DNA from: Marsupella aquatica
Lineage: Eukaryota > Plantae > Marchantiophyta
Assembly (NCBI GenBank): GCA_973895155.1
Contig: OZ316895.1
Coordinates: 20,040,803 to 20,104,802, forward strand
Direction of reading: 5' to 3'
Length of the DNA stretch: 64,000 nucleotides
The position numbers were made by a program, and so were the translations under genes. Below are positions 26,451 through 35,516 of the stretch, piece after piece. The stretch's first letter is position 1; each line of letters begins with the position of its first letter. Under the pieces are notes generated by a model. It made no database searches and was not told where the DNA came from. It saw nothing but the letters and a program-made list of their open reading frames with translations.

Positions 26451-27770
26451 TCAGGTAGCACGTGGAGCACAAGAAGGGCAAAACCATAACCCTTCTGGCA
26501 CCTGGGTAAGTTCAGGCCAAAGGCAGAAAAGATGGTACCCTCCATTGCAATTGTCACACAGCAGCATCTGGTCAGCATCATCAATTCGCAAACACACCTT
26601 GCAAGGGTAGTCCACAGGTGGAATCCAAGTAGAAGTCACAATGGTGGGATCTAGGTTAGGCAGATGACAAGGGGCGCAATTCTTGGCATTGTCAGCAATT
26701 GTGCGCCCATCTGCCCCTTGTAACTCTAGCACTCCAGACGGTCGAATAGCTTTAACCCTGAGAATAGTTCGACTGGTAGAGGTGTCCAGGGTGTCGTTAG
26801 CTTGCCGCTGCAAGTACACAAAATCTCCCACATCAAACTTCCTGACCTTGGGCTGAAAAGTGCCCCCTCGTGTGTGTGCATAACGCAGTGTGTCCCTGTG
26901 CTGTGCAATGGCCAAATTCTCCATGGCCATGGGCATAACCCTCCTGAATAGGGCAGCCCTCTCAGAGATCACATCAGACCAAGTCACAGCTGAATCCAAG
27001 TCCACCACCTGAAGCATGTGAGCAGCAATAGCAGAAGGTGGAACTGGGTGACGACCAAACAACAAGAAGTAGGGAGAAAAGTTAGACAGTGATGCATGTC
27101 TGGACATCCTATACCCCATGGCAATGTAGGGTAAGGCCAGGTCCCAATCCTCCTTGTTTTTGGTGAGGCAGATCTTTCGGAGACCCTTCTTGCATGTCTA
27201 AACCATGCGCTCTGCCAAGCCATCTGCCTGTGGGTGATCTCGTGATGTCCGGCGATGATCAATGAGGGCCTGATCAAGTAGCTCCTGGAACTCTCCTCTA
27301 AACTCTGAGCCCTGGTCAGTGAGACATTCTGCACAAGCTCCAAAGCGGCTGAGAACTTGTTGTAGGAATGTCTGGCTGGTGCTACGGGAGGTCTTATCCG
27401 GCAATGCCACAAGTTCTATCCACTTGGAGAAATGCTCTATCATGATCATGATGTAGAGATTACCCTGAGATGTGAGGGGTAATTCTCCAGCCAAATCACA
27501 TGACCAGCGATAAAACATGCCCTGAATAGGGAGTGGATGAAGTGTGGGTTGCCGAGATATGAAAGAAGTCCTCACCCTATCACACTGTTCACACCGGGCA
27601 ATAACATCTCGAACCTGGCCATGCATGCCTCTCCAATGATAATGAGGGACCAAGAGGCTGTAAGTCCTCTTAACGCCAAAATGACCAAGCTCAGAATGTA
27701 CCTTACGGATAAGGCCAACCCTCTCATGAATGGGTGGAACCACCACTTCCCTGTCTGGCAAGCAGCGCAC
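26451..27770 (-). pseudogene. Integrase (HHCC Zn finger, DDE core, SH3-like region, C-terminal PHD finger) with one in-frame TAG at 27198-27200
   Basis: HSELGH..CEQC; SCDLAG, TDQGSEF and AERMV provide D,D,E; reading continues in frame ERMV*TCKKGLRK. PHD C4HC3: CKVC..LLCDNC..YHLFC..WFCPSC (26469-26603). Confidence 0.93.
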
Positions 27771-27785
27771 GAGATGATCTCCCTT

Positions 27786-29330
27786 TCACAAGTAGCGCTT
27801 GGACCTTTGCTGAATTTGGTCTCTCTGGGCAGTAGTAACATGTGTGGGTAACTCCCCATGCTGCAGAAATCTCAGAGTGTCGCTGTCCTCCCATATGTCC
27901 ACCACAGGTTGGTCAACAACATAGCATGGCAGCAAAGCAAGATAGGTCGATGCATGAAATGTAGGCAAGATGGAAACCTGGTCAAAATCTTGCCGTGCAT
28001 CTGAGGAATCATCAGAGGTAATCAAAGGGCTGCGGGACATAGTGTCAGCATTCTGATGTGTCACACCAGGCCTATGAGTTACCTCAAAATCATACTCCTG
28101 GAGTATGAGCGCCCAACGAGCAAGCTTGCCAGTAAGCTTGTCGTTGGTCATCAACCACTTCAAGGGCTGGTGGTCGGTGTAGAGAACAAACCTGGTCCCA
28201 TAGAGGTAGGGCCTATAATGTATGACAGCCCACACAACAGCAAGGCATTCACCCTCATAAGAAGAATAATGACTCTCTGCCTGATTGTTGCTCCTGGATG
28301 CATAGGCAATGACGTACTCTTTACCTTCCTCATCATGCTGGCCCAAAATGGCACCAATCCCAAGGGCACTCCAATCTGTGTGTAGCACAAAGACCTTGTT
28401 GAAATCAGGTCTTCTCAGCACCGGGTATTCTGAGAGCTTCTCCTTCAAAGTGGCAAATGCTGCCTCAGCATCTGTACTCCATGTCCAAGTCACATTCTTT
28501 TTCAACAAAGCATACAATGGGTGTGCAATGGTACTGAAATCTTTGATGTAGATCCAGTAGTAATTGCACAACCCAATAAAACTCCTCAAAGTGCGAACAT
28601 CGATAGGAGTGGGCATTTCCAAGATGGATACCACCTTGGCCCAGTGAGCCATGGTTCCATTTGGAAGAATGCGGTGCCCAAGGTATACTACTGATCTGAC
28701 AGCAAATTCACACTTCTTGGGGTGTATCTTTAGGTTCACCTTCTTAAGCCTCATGAATAGCTCCTCAAGGTCAAGTAGATGCTGGTCAAATCCTTTGCTG
28801 TGGACCAACACATCATCAATGTAGCGTTTCAGAAACTCAGCACCTTGAAGAACCTGGTCCATGACTCTTTGAAAGAATATGGGCGCATTCTTCAAGCCAA
28901 ATGGCATCACCAACCACTCCCATAGTTGGTTACTACCATGGAAAGCTATTTTCTTGCGGTCCTTTGCAAGCAGCAAAATCTGGTTAAAGCCTTGCCTTAG
29001 ATCCACAAGAGTGAAGATGTCTGAGTCTCCAATGCTGTCAAATAGCTCCTCTGGCCGTGGCATGGGGTACCTGTCCTGGGGTGTGACCAGGTTCAGTGGC
29101 CTGTAGTCCCCACACATGCGCTTCTCTGTCCACAATCCACTGGAATCCTTCTTTGCTGGCATCACTGTAGCTGCTGCAAAATCTGATGTAGATGGCTGAA
29201 TAAGACCAGCTTCATAGAGCTCTTGGCATCTCTCATCCACTAGCTGTCACTCATGCTTACTCAAACGGTGTCTCCGCCTGAAGATAGGTGTTTCATCAGC
29301 CAACTCAATGGAGAACTGCATAGTCTTGCA
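27786..29330 (-). pseudogene. Reverse transcriptase plus RNase H of the gypsy pol, with in-frame TGA codons at 29247 and 27786
   Basis: RMCGDYRPLN, DLRQGFNQI, MPFGLKNAP, YIDD; RNase H motifs TDWS..GAIL, YEGECLAVVWA, TDHQPL, NADTMSR. Both stops lie in conserved in-frame context (HE*QLVDE, RYL*KGDHL). Confidence 0.95.
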
Positions 29331-29784
29331 CTTACCCAAGTCCTTCATAGAGAAAGCAAACACATTCTCATGCTTGAGGAGCAAATTCAGCAGCTGGTCC
29401 TTCTGTCTTTTACTCAGGTGGTTGCCCATGATGAATGTGTAGTTGGCAACACTAGGAATAGGACCTGATGTACTCGTGCTTGAAGAGCCAGAAGTGCCAG
29501 CCTCTCCACTGTCCAAGCTACTAGCATGCTGCTGATAAGGTGATGAGGCCTCTCCAAGGCCTGCTGTATCTGTTGCTCTGGTCTGATCCACACCATGAAA
29601 CTCAGAAATAATGTCAGCCACATTACAAGGGACCTCCTCCCCCCTAACACTTGGACTGAAGTGGTGAGTGTTGGACAGAGGTAAGTGCACCTGGTCTGGA
29701 TGCCATGTAGCAGCACCATGGAGTGGTAGGGCTGGCACTCCTGATGCTGGATGAATGTACATCTGAAAAAGGATGCAAGTGACC

Positions 29785-30725
29785 AGAAGCCAAGTGAGAG
29801 CATTAAGATCCATTACCTTGCCAAGTAAAGCAGTCCTGGCTAGCCTGGTGATTTTGGTGTGACCTGTAGTACCGGGTTGGAAGCCCATAGCCCGTTCTCT
29901 CTCCTCAGGACTAGGTTCATCCCATGTACCGATAGAATGTCGATAAACCAGGCCAGAACCATCACCCTGAAAAGCATGTGCACCTGGAAAGGACACAAAA
30001 GTAGGCCAAGCAGCACGGGGCTGTCCAATGGTATTAGCTGGATACCAAGGTGCTGGCTCTTGCCGTGTAACCGGTTGGCAAGAACTGTCAGGATCCAAAA
30101 TCTGGTCCACTGTGAGGTTAGTGTCCCTAGATGTGTGGTGAAGAGCTAACTCCAACAAGGAAGGTGGTGCAATGTTAGTCCAAAAGTTACGAAGACGATG
30201 TGCATAAGAACCACAGTGCATTGCATCAATGAGAAGGGGTGGTCCCAAGTAGTGTTGGACCACACTGAAATCCTCTTTGACCTGTGGACGCTGGTCAAAC
30301 TGAGATGGAGTATTCTCAATGATATAACCAACAGCAGGATAAAGGGATTGAGCCCAGGTGAGAATCTGAACCAATGCTGTGAAAAGGCCAGAACGAGAAT
30401 CATGCAGTCCAGCACCGTGACCAGCAGCTGAAAACCCTTGGCATTCCCAACCAGCTATGATCAAATCAAGGGAGCCAAGAAGGGTTAAGTGCCAGTGCTG
30501 GACAAGCTGGATGTCTGGAGGGAAGAAAGAAAATGCAGACTTCCATGCACTATGTGGAAACTGCTGGGGAAATCGCTCGGAAAATTCCAGCAGACGGGAT
30601 TCAGCCACTTGCCTTGCACTTGGATCAATGTCCACGTAGATGTACTGCTTCACCACCATGCCAGACTGTAGGAGAGCTTCCAGGCCTGTAGAAATGCCAC
30701 CAAAAAGCTCAATCAATGTAAGGCC
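29785..30725 (-). CDS. DNMT3-like C5 cytosine DNA methyltransferase domain embedded in pol between protease and RT
   Basis: Ordered motifs I (ELFGGISTG), II (YVDID), III (DIQ), IV (DLIIAGWECQGFS), VI (IIENT), VIII (AHRLRNFWTN), IX (EERERAMGF) and X (RLARTALLGK). No stop or frameshift within the domain. Confidence 0.92.
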
Positions 30726-31079
30726 ATCTAAAAGAGGAGTCCATTTAACTGGTGCGCTCAAGATTGGGGCTATTGGCTGTCCATTGTGCTGCCCAAGGTC
30801 TTCAAACTTGCGCAATGCAGCCACCAAAGGTCCATGGGCTGCTTGGAGCTGTTGTACCACCTCTGGTTGATGATCCACGTTGCTGGAAAGTGCTGCTATA
30901 CGTGCAGCAGCATGTGCAGCAGCCACCTCATCGTCATCCTCCTCAATCCAATCTTGCAATGGGTGGTTGACATAGGTAGCTGTGTGCACTGCTTTCAACA
31001 CACAGTGGTGAGCCATAGGTATATGGGCACCATGCAAATCAAGTGGAATGTAGCCCAAGTGTGAGCCATCAGTATGCCA

Positions 31080-31430
31080 ATCAACTCTGTAGTATGCATG
31101 CTCATGCCAGTTGTCAATGGTAAAACCTGGTGGGAACAAAGCCTCCTGGCCAATGAGCACATCATACGTAGTGGCATTGGTAACCAAACATCTGACTGGG
31201 AAATGCAGTTCCTGATCTGTACCTCCATTAAAAGTGAGAGTGAGTAAAGTAGAACTCTCACCCAGCACATCCTCCACAGTGCCACTAGCAGCCCGAATGT
31301 GCCACTTGGATTGCTGTAAATGATCAGTCAACAGTCCCATCTTCTTGGCAAACTGAATGCCCAATATCACTGGTTGAGCACCTGTGTCTAGCATGACCAC
31401 CTGAGGAGTGTGACCCTCCAACTTGACCAC
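31080..31430 (-). CDS. Retropepsin-like aspartic protease domain (part of ORF 31985-29247)
   Basis: VMLDTGAQPVIL active site, IRAASG flap region and YDVLIGQEAL. Confidence 0.85.
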
Positions 31431-32039
31431 TGAATTCCTGTTGTCAACAATGGCAATGGTGGTGGAAACTGAAGTCCTGTCAATAGGCACCACTCTCGGC
31501 AAATGATGAGGTACCTTGTGAAGGGAGTTAGTGTCCACGGTCTTTCCACTCAACAACATAGCCAGGAAAGATGGAGCAGCATGACCAGAATCAAGTGTAG
31601 CTCTGGTCACACAATCAGCAGCAATCGGTATTGGGGCAGCCAAACCAGTGGAAACATGTAAAGGAGAAGAAAAAGGTCCAGTATGTACATGAGATTGGAC
31701 CTCCAAAACCGGTGTCACAGGGGTTGATGAAGAATGCAGTGAGCCCTCTAGCGCTCTAATGATAGCTCTAGCATCCAGCTGTAAATCATGGCAACTGAAA
31801 AGTGGAGTTGTAAGAATCCTTTGTGCCATACCGGAGGTGAAATGCTCAAGCAGCTCAGGAGAAACAACTCCCTGTGAAATGTTAGCAGCACCTGGTGGTG
31901 GAATGGATGTAGCTGCAGCTCCCTCCCCCCTCGCCAACAAGGTGCGCTCTTCAGCAAGTGTGAGTGGCTGAAAAGATTGGGGCATGACAGCCCGAGCGCC
32001 CCTGGCTCTAGTCAGAGGACCGGCAGCAAGACCATCAGC

Positions 32040-33581
32040 CTATACAATGCGGCGTGTGGGAGCAATACGGGAGGCAGCACTGGCCTGCTGGTAAGCAAAA
32101 CAGGAAGGGCAGAATGAATCTGAAAATTCTGCTGTAAGGCCAGGCTGTGGAGCAGAGGACAGCACACACTCACCCATATGAGCATCAAATGGTAAGCCAT
32201 AGAAAGAGCGGGGTAGAGGTGCTGAACTGTCAGCGGTGCCTGGGCCAGGGATGGGTTGCACGTGACCAGCCGGTTGAGAAGGACCAGCAGAGGCAGTGGA
32301 CTTGCCTTTGATGTTGGCAAGTTGGGCACGTAAGGACTCAACCTCATGAGTCAGAGACTGGAGTTGAGTTGCCTGTGCGTTATGAGCCTCCTTCTGAGCT
32401 GGTTGCTTCTGTGGCTGCTTGGGCAATTTGTTAGCACCGGGTGCTTTGCCACTGGAAGGAGGAGCAATGGATGTAGTAGGAGCCCTCCTAGCTGGGGGGG
32501 GAGTGGAAGCAGGAGCAGGATGAGGGGCCTGCTGTCGTAGCCGCTTCCGCTCTGGGAATTTGGCAAAACAAACTGCCTCCAAGTGACCCACTTTCCCGCA
32601 AAAATCACAAGACAGGTCCTCAGCAACAATATCACACTCATTAGCCTTATGATTGGGGTTACCACAGTAGTTGCAAGATGGCAGCATGAAAGCAGCATGG
32701 GCTGGCTTGGTCTTGGAACCATACTGTGGCACACGAGAAGGAGTGGCCAGTGTAGGGGTAGCAGCCTGGTACCTGGATTGCGGTGGACGCGCAATATTGG
32801 CCTCATAATGTGCATGGGCCAACTCAAGTTTCTCAGCAGTGTCATAGACATTGAGCAGGGTGTAGCTGTCTCCAAACTCTGAGAATACTTGCTGCAACAC
32901 TTGCGAATGGAGAGCTGGTGTGCCCTCCAATGCGCGAAGATAGCGATGAGCAGCCTCCAGGTCAGTGATGCTCTGGGTGTCCTCCTTCAGCTTGAGAAGC
33001 CGGCGATACATCATCTTCAAGGTTTCATCGCGCTGCCTCACAAAGGTGGCCAACTGCATGATTGTGTCAGCACTCTTGATTGGGAATTCCAATTCAAGAA
33101 CCTGGAAAAACTCAGCCACTGGATCAGCAAAGGCAGGGGAATCAATGGTGGGAGAAATGCCTGATGTAGCCTGTGCCAAGATAGTGGGAGTAACGGGCGC
33201 AGTGGTAGGAACTGGAGTAGGAGGGGAAGTGGCAGGAGCAGCAGCATGGGCTGCAATGGCATTCTGTAAGGCCAATTGTGAGGCTGCCGCAATTGCACTG
33301 GCATAGGTAGGGTTAGGCAACTGTGTGACAGCAAGCAGCCGTTGAGAATGCTGCTCATACACATCCAAAGCCTCATGGTGCACATACCTGGCTAGCTGCT
33401 TAAATGCAAAAGCATTTGTGAAATTGCTGCCGTACTTCAACTCCAATGCGTAAACGATAGTGTAGAAAGTGGATTTGAACTCACGTAAAGAGACAGTGCC
33501 TGGCCGCCCGCTGAAGCGCTCAATGCGGCCAGATGAGTGGTTGGCATCCATGCTGTATGTCGGTGAAGCAGGAACAACCAC
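32040..33581 (-). CDS. Gag with two CCHC zinc knuckles, in frame with pol across a single TAG; may originally have started at ATG 33817 (frameshift near 33600)
   Basis: IERFSG capsid-like start; CNYCGNPNHKANEC and CDFCGKVGHLEAVC knuckles; Pro/Ala-rich linker. After the TAG, 18 sense codons lead in frame to ATG 31985. Confidence 0.85.
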   Translation of the reverse strand: MVVPASPTYSMDANHSSGRIERFSGRPGTVSLREFKSTFYTIVYALELKYGSNFTNAFAFKQLARYVHHEALDVYEQHSQRLLAVTQLPNPTYASAIAAASQLALQNAIAAHAAAPATSPPTPVPTTAPVTPTILAQATSGISPTIDSPAFADPVAEFFQVLELEFPIKSADTIMQLATFVRQRDETLKMMYRRLLKLKEDTQSITDLEAAHRYLRALEGTPALHSQVLQQVFSEFGDSYTLLNVYDTAEKLELAHAHYEANIARPPQSRYQAATPTLATPSRVPQYGSKTKPAHAAFMLPSCNYCGNPNHKANECDIVAEDLSCDFCGKVGHLEAVCFAKFPERKRLRQQAPHPAPASTPPPARRAPTTSIAPPSSGKAPGANKLPKQPQKQPAQKEAHNAQATQLQSLTHEVESLRAQLANIKGKSTASAGPSQPAGHVQPIPGPGTADSSAPLPRSFYGLPFDAHMGECVLSSAPQPGLTAEFSDSFCPSCFAYQQASAASRIAPTRRIV

Positions 33582-34254
33582 GGATGCAGAAGGGGTAAAA
33601 ATGGCAATGAAGTGATAGCAGGCTTCGGGGTAGTGGTGAAGCGACCACCAAATGTAGCAGAAGGATTGCGTGGTGTGGGTGCTGCTGTTGTCTGCTGACG
33701 TTGCTGAAATTTCCGAGACTCCAATGAAATTGGCACCAATGGTCGTGGATCACTCCGTAAATGGTACCTGGGTGTCGGTGGTGATGTGCTGCTACCTCCT
33801 GGCTCGTCTGCTGACATGCTGTGTGGCAGTACCCGATGTACTCAGGTAATGTACAAAATGTATAAACATGTTGAAGAACCGTCAACCTCAAAAATCCGTC
33901 AGAGAAAAAGGACCCTTAAAAACGTGAAGACATTGGGTGCCCACTTAATTAAGTGTATAAACACGGGGCCCCGTTAAGTGTATACGTCGGGCCCCGATGT
34001 GGACCCGGGAACTAGCAAGCTCGACGGAAAAAAGGCCGGGCGCGCGTCGGCAGTGAAATCGTCCTCACGGGAACCGGCCGAGTGTGTAAACACACCCAGG
34101 GCACGGCACCCTATGCACAGCCCAAGGAGGCCCTATGCAGGTCGTTGTGAGGCGGAAGGAAAGACGACGGCCGAAAAGAAAAGAGAGGCGGATTACGAGG
34201 CGGAAAGGAGGCGAGGCGGGAGGCGAGGCAAAAGAAACCTGGCCAAACCGGGCC

Positions 34255-34660
34255 CTCTTAATGGCATGAGCCCTCCATAGGGCTTCGTGCCCCACCTTAT
34301 GTGCTCCCGAAAAGGGGCTACGAACATACTCCCCCCTCCTCTCCTGCAATGCAATTTGGGCCTCGTGCCCTGGCAGAAGACTCCCGTGAGAGGAGTCAAG
34401 TGTACTCCCCCCTCTTCAATGCTGACAGTGGGCTCCGTGCCCTGCAGGGGGACTCCTGAAGAAGGGAGTCGTGTGTGAACTCCCCTCCCCCTCCTTTTAA
34501 TTGCTGCTTAGGGCCTCGTGCCCTCTCCTGCGCTCCTGCCTTGGTTTCGTCTCCCCCTGCTTTAATGCTGCTTCGTGCCCTGCAGGAGACTCCCCCTGCT
34601 TTAATGTGTACTCCCCTCCCCTCCTCTTAATGCGCCATAGGGCCTCGTGCCCTCCATCCT
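34255..34660. repeat. Degenerate tandem repeats in the retroelement 5' leader
   Basis: About 6 copies of GGG(C/T)(C/T)CGTGCCC interspersed with CTCCCCCTC..TTAAT. Confidence 0.65.
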
Positions 34661-35145
34661 CTCTCGCTTATGCTCGGCCACGGCAGGAAGCAAAACGAAG
34701 GAATAGCGAGGCGACGAGGCAAAAAAAAGAGGAGTAAGAAAGGCAGAAAGAAAAGGGGTGTGCGGCCCTATGCCGTTGGGAAGTAGCGCGCAGTGGCCTA
34801 GGCAGTCCGGTGGTGGTCGCGCGGCAGCCGTGGCCGGGAAATGGCCATAAAAGCTAACGAAAAAGGGGCCCCAAACTCCCAAAGGGTTGCGAGTGAGGGC
34901 GCAGCGGCCTGTGCAATCGGCAGCAAGTCGTCGATGTAGGTCACAAAGAAGGTTGCGGCCGGAAAAAAAACCCGGGCCCCTTGTTATTTGTATACACTTA
35001 AGTATACAGTATACACATAACACCACAATAAACCCATAACTTTTAACTCGTCACTCCGATGTCCGTCAAAGAAATTGCAATGGCTTCACCAGAAAGTGTC
35101 GAAATCGTCACAAACAATCTTCTTCCCCTCACCACTATCTCGACG

Positions 35146-35157
35146 AGTTCTTCTTGA
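35146..35157 (-). promoter_or_regulatory. Putative self-priming PBS (Tf1-like), complementary to the predicted transcript 5' end at 35314
   Basis: 35146-35159 AGTTCTTCTTGAAT is a perfect 14-bp inverted repeat of 35301-35314 ATTCAAGAAGAACT and abuts the end of repeat B. No TGG-starting tRNA PBS at this position. Confidence 0.7.
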
Positions 35158-35516
35158 ATAAAAGGCGTAAGAGAAACAATTGTATTGAAATCGAATCGAA
35201 AACCGGCAGGATGCCAAGATCGGCCGGGAGCATCTAACGAATCACTGTGTGAATCCCGTGTATGGAACCGACGAGCACTGTCTGAGCTCTGTCAACAGCG
35301 ATTCAAGAAGAACTGAAAAAACCACAAAGAAAGACATGCCCTAAGCAAGCAAAGTCCTGGCGTCACACTAACAAGCACATTTGCTTCAAGAACGGCCCAG
35401 ACTTGCTACAAGAACATGTCGCTAACTCAGGTAGTACACTAGCCCTAACTACATACCTAGTGGGCAGGCGAGGGACATGCCGATGTGCATAAGAGGCACT
35501 GTCCCTCGGCATGACA
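35158..35516 (-). repeat. Repeat B, 5' terminal copy (359 bp)
   Basis: Direct repeat of 25874-26232; not followed by repeat A. Confidence 0.95.

Larger units (their letters stand above)
25698..35516 (-). mobile_element. Full-length Ty3/gypsy-type retroelement carrying a C5 DNA methyltransferase and an integrase PHD finger, with split direct repeats (B-internal-A-GC-B-A) and 4-bp TSD ATGC
   Basis: Termini 5'-TGTCATG...CACGACA-3'; ATGC at 25694-97 and 35517-20; domain order Gag, PR, DNMT, RT, RH, IN is gypsy-type. Confidence 0.95.

Noticed and set aside
25698-35516. DIRS/PAT/Ngaro assignment based on split repeats and a methyltransferase
   Set aside because: No tyrosine recombinase is present. 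The element has an aspartic protease, a DDE integrase and a TSD, and the MTase is C5-type rather than the DAM-like domain of DIRS.
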